Positions 1 through 12,472 of a stretch of DNA of 64,000 bases are shown piece after piece. The stretch comes from Camelus dromedarius (taxonomy: Eukaryota): the NCBI RefSeq assembly GCF_036321535.1, contig NC_087436.1, positions 68,078,001 through 68,142,000 on the forward strand, read 5' to 3'. The notes under the pieces were generated by a model, which did no database searches, was not told where the DNA came from, and saw only the letters and a list, made by a program, of their open reading frames with translations. The position numbers and the translations under genes are program-made. Position 1 is the stretch's first letter. The number at the start of each line of letters is the position of its first letter.

Positions 1-371
1 AGACTATCACATTTAACAATAAAGTTACATTCATCGAAATGGAAACTTGAGGAATTGTGAATGCAATTGGACCTCTGAGATAAAGATATTCATATCTTGA
101 ATTTTAATGCCACTTGTATAGCTTGTAAGCTAATGCCAGAATGGACTTGTTTTCCTCTCTATTTAGAAAAGGGAGGAGGCAAGGGAAAACTACACATGGC
201 ATCATTGGAAACAAGCCAAGTGGCAGAGTGCTGCGGAAGGAATTGGCAGCCACACTATCTGAGAAATCAAACTGGAGACAACTTTCCATGCATTTCAAAA
301 ATAAGATGTATTATAGTGTGACATGTATAAACTTTTTAACAAAAGCGCTGAAAACCGCTTCACTCTCTCCC

Positions 372-392
372 TTTTTTTTTTTTTTTTTTTTT
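372..392. repeat. poly(T) tract
   Basis: About 21 consecutive T. Confidence 0.95.
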
Positions 393-1439
393 GCAATTAT
401 CATTCTAGCTTTCTAAATGTTCCCACTTGATTTCAGCTACATTGCTATTTTGGGATAAATGTCAAGAAAAACTTAAAGACTATATTTTTCTCATCTTGAA
501 AGAGGCCTCAATTTTTTGGGAGAAAACAAACTTCTCACAAACAAAGGAAATTGGAAGTAACTTCTGCCTGATTAAAAATGGAAAAAATCAGAAAGAATCA
601 TCGCTAAAGAAAAACAAACCAGCTATTAAAATTGTTAGCATTCTCCAAGACCTATTATCTAGTTCATGATACCTGAATACAATGGCCCTATTATGTGAGG
701 CTCTTGGAACATCTCCAAGGCAGTCACCGTCTTTAATCTCCAAACCACTGCTGCAAGATGGTGAAGTGCTGTCCATCAAAGTCCCATTTTCCACACAGTA
801 AATTCTCAAGTGCAAGAAATTTCAGTCTTACTTAATGATCCAGGAAAAAAGCAGGAAGAGTGGGGCTTGCGAGGTCTAAAGTGTGTCAGTCCAGATTGAT
901 AGGTGTGGCTTTATCCCCTTACATCTCACAATCTCATAGAGGGAGGAAACTTACATTGCCCTTCTCAGGAGGGAGTAGTACTGGAGGAAATATAGCTCTC
1001 CACCACCATCCTCTCATTCAGCCTTTCTCTAGAGAAGATGCACGGTTCATCTGAGAGATGAGACTGAGAGAAAGGCTCTGGGAAGGTGTAGCTCAAACCT
1101 CTCTGGGTGCCCTCTCCAGAACTGACTACAAACTCTCTCCTCTGCTTCAACTGATAATTCTATCAGGGGAGGCTCTGCTTAGAAAGGATAAAAACCTGGA
1201 GTTTAAGGTGGGGAGATTTGAGTCCATCGGGGAAAGAGAAGGAATCCTGATTTTGGTTGCAGATTTAAGCAGGCTTTATTAGTTATGAAGCTAATGCTGT
1301 GGTCATTTTCTCTGATCATCCTTGAATTGGTTCAGAATATAGAAAGAGAGGTAGGAGTGACACTTCAAACACCTCCACTGCAGTCTCCTATCAAGTGGTT
1401 TAAATGAATAAGCTACCTAGTTTCCAAGATTTAGCCTAG

Positions 1440-2050
1440 TGATAATAATGCTAGTAATGACAATGATGATACTAATGAGAATAACAAATATGTTTTGACA
1501 CAGTGTCAGACACTGTGCTTCCTATAACTGATTTACATGTATTAACTCACCAAATTCTCATATAAGTCCATGAAGCGGAGACTGCAGTTATAGCATCACA
1601 TGGAAAATTGAGGCAATCCAGGCTTAACAGCCTTCCTAAAGTCAAAGAGCGGAGTCTTCCCTCTTCAGCACCATTCTTGTTGTCACTATTAACTTCAGGT
1701 ATTGTCTAACTCTCATCTTATCAGTCATTTTATAATGAAGAGTATTTTTTAAATCTGTTCACTTTGGCTAGCTGGCATGATATATTTATATATCTTTCAT
1801 TGTTTTCTGGTGAGTTTTTAAAAGGTAAGAATAATAACCATAGGGATAATACCCAACATGTACGTGTCAGGAACTGTATTAAGCACTTATCTGATACAAT
1901 CTTCAAAACAGTTGAATGAGGTGATGGTATCATCATCCCCATTTTACAGTTGAGATTCGGAAACTTGGGAGTGTCTTTGCCAAGGTTGCTATTAGAGTAC
2001 TGGAGACAGTTAACAATGCATGTGTGTCATATTCTGATACCTACCATCTC
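1440..2050 (-). mobile_element. Decayed MIR SINE fragments (two pieces, ~1440-1640 and ~1830-2050)
   Basis: MIR-like words 'atcatccccattttacagttgag' and 'ggaaaattgaggc', and 'taataat...' leaders. Confidence 0.6.
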
Positions 2051-3119
2051 AACTCTATGTCATATAGATGAAATATGAGATGAATAAATGATACCAAACA
2101 TTTTAATAACTGATCAATCTGTAGTTCCCTAGAAAGCTAACTCACGCAAAATTTTGAGACAATGTCCTCATAGTAGATCATTTAAATATAATTAATGTTT
2201 GTTTTTATCTTTATATTTCAAATCATAATCACAATGTGCTTTTTGCATATTAATCCTAAGCCTCATCATAACTCTCCAGTTTTAATATAATTTTGAGAAA
2301 TTTGAAATGTGAGGGGACTGAAGTATTTCATTTATGTTTCACAATGCAAAAATCCCAAAACCAAGCTTACAGCACCTAACCAAAAGCCCTGAACTCATCT
2401 TGAAAAGCTTCCTGGATGTTTCTGTCTAAGAAAATTATAGTTCTCTTCTTTATCTTAAACGGTTTTGGTAATTCTGATCCTCATTAAAAAAAAATACTCT
2501 CCTGCTTTTTTTTCCAGAAAAAAATCTTATATTTAATTATTTTCCATTATTTTGATATGTCTCTTCTAGATGAAACATTTGCTTTCGAACAGTTGATTAG
2601 CAACATCTAAAAGTTCTACTTATCATTAAATGGCAAGTCAGAATTACCAACAAGGAGACCCTGGAATGCAGCCAGTCAACCTGCATTGAAACAATAAATA
2701 TAGCCACCTCTCTGCGTCTTGCACATAACTGGAGCTCAATAAATATGGACGGCTTTGTTGATCTACTGAGTTGGACCGGTGGGAGAAAGGATGTGCACAG
2801 GATATTCAAGCAGCTTTTGGATGAGGAGCAAAGTAGGGTAACTACAAACAGGGAGATTAAAAGCAAAATGTTTTTAAAGATACCCTGAAGCATAACTTCA
2901 AACACTGTCATAGCCGTAGACCACTGGGAAACCCATGCAGCAGACAGCTCAAGCTAATGCCCAACTAAAATGAAATGGCTACTTGTACAAAGATACCAGC
3001 CATCCTCCAATGGGAGGAGATGGAGTTTCAAATGTAGGACAGCCTGTATGTGTGTATGGTAAAGAAAGGGCTGCCACATACAGAAGAAACATTTTCAGCA
3101 GATTCCCTAAATATCGCCC

Positions 3120-3190
3120 CACTTCCTCCTACCCTCTCTCCCACTCCCTTTCTCTCTCCCCCTCCCTTTTTTCCTTCTCTCTCTCTTGAA
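3120..3190. repeat. Polypyrimidine (CT-rich) low-complexity tract
   Basis: About 70 nt almost exclusively C/T. Confidence 0.85.
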
Positions 3191-3749
3191 TTAACTGCAT
3201 TCCCTTATTTATATGAGTGTCTTATCACTCAAGTCAGCAATAATACCATAGAACACAAACACATTACAGCATAATAATTTAAATGACATTAGAAGGAAAG
3301 AAGTTCAAAAGTGTATTATTCCAGAATTCTTTTTAAATAAATAGGCTCCTGACTCTTTTCAACCTACTTAGATTTTAAAGAAGAAAAAGTAATAACAAAT
3401 ATGGTTATCTGCTTCCATTGGCTGTATTAAGTATGCACATCTTTATACTACACCATTTTTTCCACAATTGTTGACTGTCTGTTATTCACAGTTATTGATA
3501 CCTATAGTGAAACATATTCACATTTCCCTTATCACCCTACCTCTTAATTTTTCCTATGAAGTTCCCTTCTATATGGATCTCAAATAACAATAATTAAACA
3601 TCATAAAAATTGGCCTTGAAGCAAAATTATTAAGTGGGAGCTCTCAGCAGACTCTCTCTCATCTTTCAGTTTCCCTTTTTTTCTGTCAATGTCTTTTTCA
3701 TGTCAGAAATTCATCTCCAGTGGCTTCATGTTCTCTCTTTCCTCTGATT

Positions 3750-4500
3750 ACCAAAGATTTTTTTAGTTGTTAAATAAACTGGATGGGAGGATTCCTCCCA
3801 CCTCCCATCCTCCCACGGGTGGCACCACAAGAGTCAGGAGAACCACATGCAGCGAGACAGAAGGAGGTCCATGGAGCAAGAGCAGTGGTTTTAGAACCAG
3901 GCAGAGAAGGGTACCCTGTTCCTGGTGAGGATGTGCATGCTGGGTGGCATCAGGAACCACACAGGAAAGAAACTAATAAAGAAACTGATACCACTGCATT
4001 ACTGAGTTATGGTAACTGCATGTTTTACCCCTGCAAGGGTTATACAGAGTTCAAAGGGGAGAAACTATTTGGGTGGAAGTTGGGGAGTTTATTTGACTTT
4101 TCAGTTTTCCATGAGAAAGGATTTTATCTAAATACTCCTGACTTCTTGTCCCCAGCTGTCCCCAGCTCCTCTCCATGCGGTAGACTGTGACACCTGGGGG
4201 ACTGGTCATAGGTATCATCCCACATTTTTCAACTTGGCTGAGCTAATCTATCACAAGCCCTAAGCACAAGGGATTTCAGGCACCTCTGCCCTCCTCTCCC
4301 CAGGCAAGTAGAAGAGCGATGTGTCCCTATTCCCTAGGCCCAGAGTTTTCCTCTAAGGCCTGGAACAAGATGAGGAGTAGTACCAGGTCCACCTACCTCA
4401 TTCTGGGCCACAATTCCATCAGTAAGACCTACCCTGATCTCCACGTCTCTAACTAATGCATCTGTTTCTCAAATGGTTCTAAAGACGGGATAGAGATGTT
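3750..4500. mobile_element. Possible old LTR-element remnant (family not assigned)
   Basis: GC-richer block with sharp edges in AT-rich flanks; no family recognised with certainty. Confidence 0.3.
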
Positions 4501-5770
4501 ATTCATGAGACCCGATAATAATTTTTAATCTCTAATTGGAACCTGACTTCTCCATGATGGGAAGACAAGAATGATTCTGACAGTCTTCAAATCATACTCC
4601 CTAGGAAGCAACTGACTTTAAATGTCCATAAATCAAGTCTACACTTTATTATATATTTCAGACTTAATACATCACTCATTTGTCTGAATTGTGACATTTT
4701 CTATAGAAATTAGAGATGTCTTTATGTTATTCATATTTATTTTTAGTGCAATTTTGTGCCACCTATTATTAACCAGTCCACCACTTAAGCTCCAGTCAAG
4801 GTCCCATCACTTTATTACATAAACTCCCAATTATTTGTCCATTTTATTTTCCCAATTGACTTACTATGTGTGCCATACAATTCTTCCTTTTTCCTGTTGT
4901 GTAATCTAGATATCAGCTGTGGTTTTCTTCCCAATTTAAGATCTAGATAAAATTTGTACCTTCTGTGAGCTGCAGAGAGCACATTGCTGTCCATAAACTT
5001 TCTATAATTTGTCAGGTTCATGAATTCCTGGTCAGTTCTGGTTCCCTTTTTTGTCTCTGACTTACATTTTGTGCTGAACTTGTATTCTCTGCTCGTTCAC
5101 GCTCTTTTATCTCTATCCCAGCATTGACCCAAACTTGGAACACTATTCTTTTATTGTGTTTCCATAAGAACAATTCAAAGAAAACTTTCAAGTGCCTAGC
5201 ACATGTACAAAGGTATTGCAGATTAAAAGGTATTTGCATGGAAGAAATGCAAAATATGAATTGAAATTTAATATTAAATCATGTTGATCTTAAATGTCTA
5301 CTTCATCATTATTCTATAAAGCCTGACCATCCCCCTTTCTTATTTTCTCTTCCCATTTCTCTTTCTTCTATCTTCTGCTCTGCTAGGAAAGGAAAAAAAT
5401 AAAAATAAAGGGAAGTAAATATTTCTTACGGCGCCTTTCCTCAAACTCAGGTCAAGCCTCTGCATACTCGAGAACTCAGCAGAAGCTTTGAAAGTACCAC
5501 CTATGAGAAGAGTGGAAAGAATTCAGGGTCTCATATAATGATGGTTTCATTCTTCTGGTCACATTTCCAATACTTATTTTATTAAAATTTCACAATAACA
5601 AATCTTCACTCTCTAACTCATTGAATGAGCCTCCTAGTCAAGGCTGATGTTTGTATTTTACTTTATTTTTCTGCAGTTAGGGATTATTTATTCATTAAAT
5701 GTTTATTTAGGACATGCCATACACTGAGCACTTTGCAAGGTACTGACCATGAGTCATCTTTGTGACAAAC

Positions 5771-5825
<55 letters not shown>
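5771..5825. repeat. (TAA)n microsatellite
   Basis: About 18 perfect TAA units. Confidence 0.97.
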
Positions 5826-5826
<1 letters not shown>

Positions 5827-6844
5827 GAAGTTGTCAATTTTTTGTGAGGCATAGTATTTCATATTTCTGCTTCACTAACAAGGAAAGGCAAATTTTCTCA
5901 ACAACAACTTATATTAAGACTAATATCAAAATTTAGGAAGGACTGTTATTTATTTTTAAGCATCTGATAAAAGAAGTTTTTCTCCAGTTTATGGACTACC
6001 ACAGTTTCCTAAGTGAAAAAGATCACCTGAGAGTAGGAGAGTAAGAAAATATTCTTCATTTGTCCCAGCAACTTTCTACTCACCATGAAACCCAAGCCCT
6101 GAACTGACCAAAAATTGGGCATTTAATTCTCTATTTAAACACAGCATTTAAAAGACCTAGAAGAAAGACTTATCTTTGAAAAAGCTACTACATACTAGAA
6201 GAAAATTTCTATAACTACTTTCTGATTTTGCAAGATGTAACTACTATACATCAGAGAGAAAATCATGAGAAAAGAACTTACTATATTGAAAAGGCAATAA
6301 GATGAAGAGAAAATGGAAATGGATAAAATATAAAAAGATGATAAGGAGGTTAAAAATGTAATAAAGGAATATAAACCACCTATAATGGGAAAAATAATAA
6401 GCAGAACTGGTGCTGAAGAAAATTAAATCCCTAACAAGAACTCATATTAGAGAGTATACTCTGACCACAAAGTGATATTAATATCAGATAAATAATTTTT
6501 CTGAAAGGCCAGGCAGTCAAAAAATTTTATATACTTTGGTAAAGAGACAATAAGGACAAAATTACAGGCTATTGAAAAATTAATAACAGAATGATTATAC
6601 ATCAAACTCTAAAATTATAGCCAAAGCTAGTGCTGCATGCTCTATACTTAAAGAAAAAAAAAGAATAAGAACAATTGAACTAAGCATTAAATTCAGTATG
6701 TTAGAAGATGCAACAATGCAACAATCATAGGAAAAGTAAGGAAAGATTATTTATTAAAGACTAGAAATTAACAAATTGAGAAATAGATCTCCAGAACTAA
6801 TTATCTGAACACATCAATGAAACAGATTGATGTTGTTCATAGCA

Positions 6845-6849
<5 letters not shown>

Positions 6850-6885
<36 letters not shown>

Positions 6886-6960
6886 CCTGGAGAGACAGAG
6901 GGAGAGGGGGAGAGAGAGGAAGAGACAGTAGGAGGGAGGAGGATGAGAGGGAGAGAGAAG
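6850..6960. repeat. (GACA)n microsatellite followed by a GA-rich purine tract
   Basis: About 8-9 GACA units (6850-6884), then G/A low-complexity sequence. Confidence 0.95.
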
Positions 6961-7610
6961 AGTGTGAGTTTTTTTGGAATGAGAAAATTGGAAAATGTAT
7001 TATATCATTCATCCTGAAATGAAGATGCTTGATAATAGTTAATATAAATCTTTGAAAGTAAAAATAACATAAGAAGTCTTGTGATATAGTAAAACTTAAT
7101 AAATAGGTAGATGAAACAAACAAATGTATAAAATAATTCCTTATGTCAGTGAGGAAAGGTGAGTTTAAAATAATAAATGTTCTTGAGAACATCAAAAAAT
7201 ATAATGGTAGATTCCCATATCACTCTATTCCAAATAAACAGAAAATGTATTAAACATTTCAATAATAAAATGAAATCATAAATGTATGAGAATAAAAAAA
7301 TGCCTTTTAATTAGTTATTTCAAAGAATAAAACACAAAGTTTGATAGTTTTGAATACATAAAAATTTAAACTATGTATAAAGCAAAAATACCATTAATAA
7401 AATGACTAATTGGTAATTTGTATTAATTAGTAAGTAATTAATAAAGGCAAAAACCAAACTTTGAAAGAAAACACACAGCCTACATGGCAATCAAATGTTT
7501 AATATCTTCAATATAAATGGAATGTCAACAAATCAGTAATCAAGATATAAATAACCCATTAGAAAAATAAGCAAACTCCAGGCAGATTCTATTTACATAA
7601 GAAATACAAG

Positions 7611-7766
7611 GGAACTATATTCAATATCTTGTAATAACCTTTAATGAAAAAGAATATGAAAGCAAATATATGTATGTATATGCATGACTGAGACATTATG
7701 CTGTATACCATAAATTGACACACTGTAACTGACTATACTTCAATTAAAAAAAAGAAATTGAAAAAA
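7611..7766 (+). mobile_element. Young 5'-truncated L1 3' end (camelid/cetartiodactyl type) with A-tail and TSD
   Basis: 'ggaactatattcaatatcttgtaataacc...tatatgcatgactgagacattatgctgtataccataaattgacacactgtaactgactatacttcaattaaaaaaa'. Direct repeat AAGAAATACAAG at 7599-7610 and 7767-7778. Confidence 0.9.
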
Positions 7767-8039
7767 AAGAAATACAAGTGATCAATAAAAACTTTTTTAT
7801 GCTTAAACCTAACCTAACTATAAAGAAATTATGCTTGAAACAGCAATAAAAGAAGTTCTAGACCTTTCTGATGAGCGAAACTCATATAAATGATAATATT
7901 CACTGCTGTTCAGCAATGTTCATGAGGACTATTAGGTGTACAGGAAGATTATTTATATGCATATAAATGTTAAATCAGCTTTTTTTGATATCTGAAGAAC
8001 TGAAGTCTGGGACAAAAAATTGAGAGCAGTAAGTATCCA

Positions 8040-8960
8040 GTACAAAACGGTTGGTGGGCTAGACATTTCTTCTAGTACTTATTAAGAAGTAAGCAGGTAT
8101 AGTCTTTTATATAAGCCTCACTCTTCCTGGTTGCTGACTACAGTGACCATGGAAACTACAGCAACCAGGAAAGGGTGTCGGGAGTGTTCAGTCAGTGTAG
8201 AGAGCTGTCTTGTTCCTCCCCTACAGCCAAATAACAGAGCTCTGAGAAAATCAATTAAAGAGACTGGCACTTCATTCATTAGTTGAGGACCTTCCTATGC
8301 AGCAGATTGAATGATCTGCACACAGGAGTATTTGAGCAGGAGAGGAACTGAGAAGTTCAGAGAGAAAGTAGGATAGAAAAAGGGGCAGAATGGAGCAACC
8401 TGTACACTGACCATTTTCGTCTTGGAGAAAGTGGACATTACAATAAGTAACAAAACTTGAAACATCGTGCTTGACAGATTTATCTATGGAGCAGACCTCC
8501 TATGCCAAGGAAACTGGGCATTGAGATCACCTACTAGGATCACACAAGCACCCCAAGAGAGCCAGCATGTGAATGCCTACCACAGGAGAAGCAACAGTCA
8601 GCAGATGCAAGAAACTTACTGGAAAGACTTTTCTCTCTTTTTATCATACCTTCCCATTCTACCAGCTGGAAAAGAAGAGAGACATAAGAGGGAAAGTAGA
8701 GGGGGAATAACTATATTAGGAGCAGACTTCGTTCCATCTCTACTCCAAGTCCCCCAACCCTGTTGACACATGAAAGACGAGACGTGCAGTAAACTGGATA
8801 TACAATTTGACTGTTAAACTGGACTTGAATAAAGTGGACTTATTTATAAATAGCTGAATTTAACAAGAAAGCTCAGGGAACTGTCCAAGCTCCTAAGGAA
8901 TGGAAAAAGGAAACCTGAGAGAGCATAGAAAAAGGGAATTTGACCCTACCAAGTTCAAAT
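8040..8960. mobile_element. Possible ancient LTR remnant (family not assigned)
   Basis: GC-richer block interrupting old L1 sequence, with AATAAA near 8828. Confidence 0.3.
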
Positions 8961-9679
8961 TTTTCAATAGACTAAATCATATGTCCCACAATTCCTAAAA
9001 AGTACATTCCCCTTCACACCAAAATTCCACTTCTGGAATTTTTCTGTGGTGACACAAAGGATTGTAGTGTCAAATCAACCCACGTAAATCATAGATTTCA
9101 CCCAATATCAAACTTCGTCAATGATTTAAATGATACATGTAAAGAATTTTTCCCCTGGAAGAATCTGAGAACTTCTGATACAGCTTTCAATAAAAAAAAA
9201 AAAGGACTTTCTTCTCCTACAATAGGATATTGTTTGCCTCCAGGTTAACAGATGAAATATTTGAGCAAGGTATGCAGACATCTCACTCAGACAGAGGAAG
9301 CTATTTGGGCTACCTTACATTTATTAATTACACAGCTGATGTGACCTTCCCCAGCTAGCCATCTCCCATAAATCTATAAACTGCAAGTGTACTTACAATA
9401 AGCTATTTCAATAGCACAGGTTTTTCCTGCCGAAGATTCTTTCATAGGTAAGAAATTATCATTATCCTTCTGCTAGTAAATAGCATTAGTGGGTTATCAG
9501 GTCATTTGCATGTTTACCAGAAGGTCATTAGCATACTTGCCAAGAGGCCATTACCATGTTTGCCAAGAAATACAATTATTCTTTCTCCCTGAACATCTCT
9601 AGCAGAGAGTGGATTGGTCACAGGACTGCTGTAAACTCTTTTCTTCCCAAGCTCTAGTGAAATAACTTGGTAAAGCGTA

Positions 9680-9990
9680 CTTTTTAGATACAAAGAGGTT
9701 TCATTCAAATAATTGTAAACAACCATGTATGATAAATGAAGTTTCTTTAAGTTTTTATATATTCACATTATGGAATAGTCTACAGTCATTATGAATGATA
9801 ATAGGCAGATATCTAAGTTTTGTTATGAAATTGCTTTTGAGAGATGGCTTAATGAACAGATTATATAACAATTCATATCACATGATATAGTATGATATGA
9901 ATTTTATAACATATATACATATATATACATAGAAAAAAGACTGAAATGTTTCAGAAAATATACTAAGAGCTATGTACATCATCTTCCCTA
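9680..9990 (+). mobile_element. Old L1 (L1ME-like) 3' region fragment
   Basis: 'atattcacattatggaatagtctacagtcattatgaatga' resembles the L1ME ORF2 end/3'UTR. Confidence 0.5.
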
Positions 9991-10699
9991 TCAAATAGAT
10001 TTGATTCTAACCTTGAGTTCTTTAGTAGCTTATCCAGATTCATGAAGACACATGACACCAAAAACAGTCTAATGCATGCTTTACCAAAAGAACTCCCTTG
10101 CTCAGTCATCATTAGATATAGCTCCTTTCTTCTCCAATATTTCTCTGTTTACACAAATACAGTAACATGTCACATGTGTGTTCACTCGTTAGTTTGCCTC
10201 TCCTACTAACCTGTGGAACTCCCTTAGGAAGGGGCACCTTTATCATCTGTGTATCTCTATTATAATACCTAGCAGGCAGAATCTATTATCAGTAGGTTCC
10301 TTTTCTAATCTGGACAGGAAGGACGAAGAGAAAGAGAGAAAATACTTTAGGGCATTGTAGTATGTGTTATAGGGAATTTAAAAAACAAAGAGATAGTGAT
10401 TATTTTCATTCTTAAATATTTAGTTTGGAAAAATTAGATACAATCAAAACTTTGTTCTCAAACTGTAGGCCAGAGTTTCTACAGAGGCAAAGTAACTTTT
10501 ACCAGCCTCTTCTCCCCCCACCCCACCTTCCTTCCTTGCTCCATTCACTCTAGAGAAGGAATAGTGCATCCTTCAGGTGTATGTTCTCCAAGTAACAGAA
10601 AATCCAACAGAGTAAATTAAAGCAATAGAGACTCATTATTCCTATATGACTAGAAGCCTGGAGTTTAACAGTGCCTGGCATTGACTCCAAGGGTAGGAA

Positions 10700-12150
10700 G
10701 GAATAATCAATTGTATTAAGGGACTATCATGATGATAAATATAAGCAGTGCAATGAAATCTGGATAAGAAGAGATGGAGATTTGTGAGGATATCCTGGTA
10801 GATTAAAAAGGTGGCATGTCAGAAGTCCTTACAGGGTAAAATAATTGTAGGAGGCACAATGAAATAAGTGATCAGAAGTTTTTGCCTGAAAGGGAGTAGA
10901 ATCCCTAAAATCAAGATTTTGTGGAAATTGCAGTTCTTTGTAATGACAAGTTCAGAATATGGCCAAGGGATGGTGGCTGAGGATAAGAAGAAGACACAAT
11001 CATTGGAGGTAAAGTAGCCAAGGAACTGAGGGTCCAGGGTGTTAGAGTGTTCATCTTGATATTTAAGATATTAAGAAAAATAACAGGGAAATCAACTACT
11101 AAAATCTCTAGAGAATGAGAAGGTGTAACTGGGAGTTTTGCAATGAGTGTTCAAAAAGCATAGAGGATGTGACAGTCATAGACTTCAAACTGGGAGTTTG
11201 AACCAAAAAAGGGGACAGACAGGGTTCTAAAAGAGATGATGATAAATGAGAACATCCAATCCAACTCTGGTCCCCATCTTGGAAGAAAAAGATGTCACCA
11301 TCCAGAGAGTTGTTTTCTAAGACATTATCTGGGCTTCATTTAGAGCAAAAAGATGATGCAATGTTAAGGGCAAAAGCTATAGGGAATTCTTCAAAGAGAA
11401 AAGTGGAAGAGAGTGGGCAAATAGGGAAGGGAGGGAGACTGATTTAGATTAGGGAACACACAGAGCCATGTGGAGCTAAAATCATGATGGATGCCCCAGG
11501 AGGCTTTGACTTGAGTTTGTGCCCAAGGTAGGCCATGATGAAATTAATCCTGATTGTTTCTTAGGGAAAGTGAAGAATCAATTTGTTGTTCCTTGGGATT
11601 GGTCTCTTCAATACTGTGTAATGCTAAGAAAAGTGGTGTGGGAGCTGATGGGGTTAGAGAGTGACAGTCTTACTAAAGGCTTCTGAAGCTCTGGGGCTTC
11701 CTAAAATCTTGCTCTGGCGAATGCCAAAGCTATAGAATCATAGTCTTAACCAGAAGCACAAGGAATTCTTTGGGGCTGCCTTATCCTACTGCAAGTGCTA
11801 CTGTGATAGTATGAGGGACAATCTTACCACACCAGTGGACCTTTGGGGCCTAAGGAGTTTAGAGACGACAGAGTCAAGACAATAGGTGGAGAATAGTACC
11901 CTTGAAGAGGAAAGTTATTTCTTTTCCTAAAGCAGGAAGAAATAAGTAAATAGTATAAAACATGTAGAAATGTTGATGTTAAGAACTGAGAATTCTGAGA
12001 ATCAGAAAATCACAGAAAAGTAGTGACAAATAATGCCTACTACAGTGTGGGAATGGAATATAAATTTGAAAGATTAAATAATCGTTTACAAATTGCTGTG
12101 GGGTATGCAAAAGAAAGATGAACAGGTCTTCAGAGAGTTAGATATTTTCA
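10700..12150 (-). mobile_element. Decayed L2 LINE (antisense)
   Basis: Long G/A-rich stretch with L2-like words ('aaggaactgagggtccagggtgttagagtgttcatc', 'gggatggtggctgagga'). Confidence 0.6.
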
Positions 12151-12154
12151 GGAC

Positions 12155-12472
12155 AAATTTTTTTATGAACCTGGATTATTGCATCTTCCCATACTTAGAA
12201 AAGAACTAAACCATTAACTAAGGTATCTGTTCCTTGTGACTAGCAGCAACCTTCTACCAAGATGTGTGCTTGGTTGCACGCACCCCCTTCACCAAAATCA
12301 CAATATATTGACCTTCCCCCATACCTCGTCAGAACGGTTTTTCAGAGCTATCAGAGAGGCTGTCTCCCAGGCTATAGTCCTCAGTAAGACACTGTGTAAA
12401 CAACTCACAGCTTTTATGTTGTGTGTGTGTGTGTGTGTGTGTTTTATGTTGTGTGTGTGTGTTTAAGTCAAC
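12155..12472 (+). mobile_element. ERV1-type LTR fragment (cetartiodactyl-like), containing a duplicated (TG)n segment
   Basis: 'cccttcaccaaaatcacaatatattgaccttccccc...cagagctatcagagaggctgtctcccaggctatagtcctca'; ends 'tttaagtcaaca'. Confidence 0.75.
12412..12461. repeat. Two copies of ttttatgt(tg)n
   Basis: Directly visible compound TG microsatellite. Confidence 0.9.

Larger units (their letters stand above)
6050..7900 (+). mobile_element. Old, fragmented LINE-1 (L1ME/L1M-like)
   Basis: A-rich strand bias and decayed ORF2-like words ('attatagccaaagc', 'aaataacccattagaaaaataagcaaa', 'tttgaatacataaaaatttaaactat'). Confidence 0.6.

Noticed and set aside
97..416. Overlapping short ORFs (74-91 aa) as a coding exon
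   Set aside because: No recognisable protein; one frame runs through a poly(T) tract; no convincing donor.
588..830. Minus-strand ORF with a CAG|GTAT donor at 673
   Set aside because: Acceptor is weak or ambiguous and the peptide is unrecognised.
3783..4190. 135-aa ORF
   Set aside because: Lies in a GC-richer probable LTR remnant where stops are rarer; no homology recognised.
4760..5170. Possible RTE-type LINE remnant (AHIV..KWT-like words on the minus strand)
   Set aside because: Requires several frameshifts; too weak to call without a profile search.
6797..7195. 132-aa and 66-aa ORFs with repeated SVCL/RQTD
   Set aside because: Translation of a (GACA)n microsatellite and purine tract.
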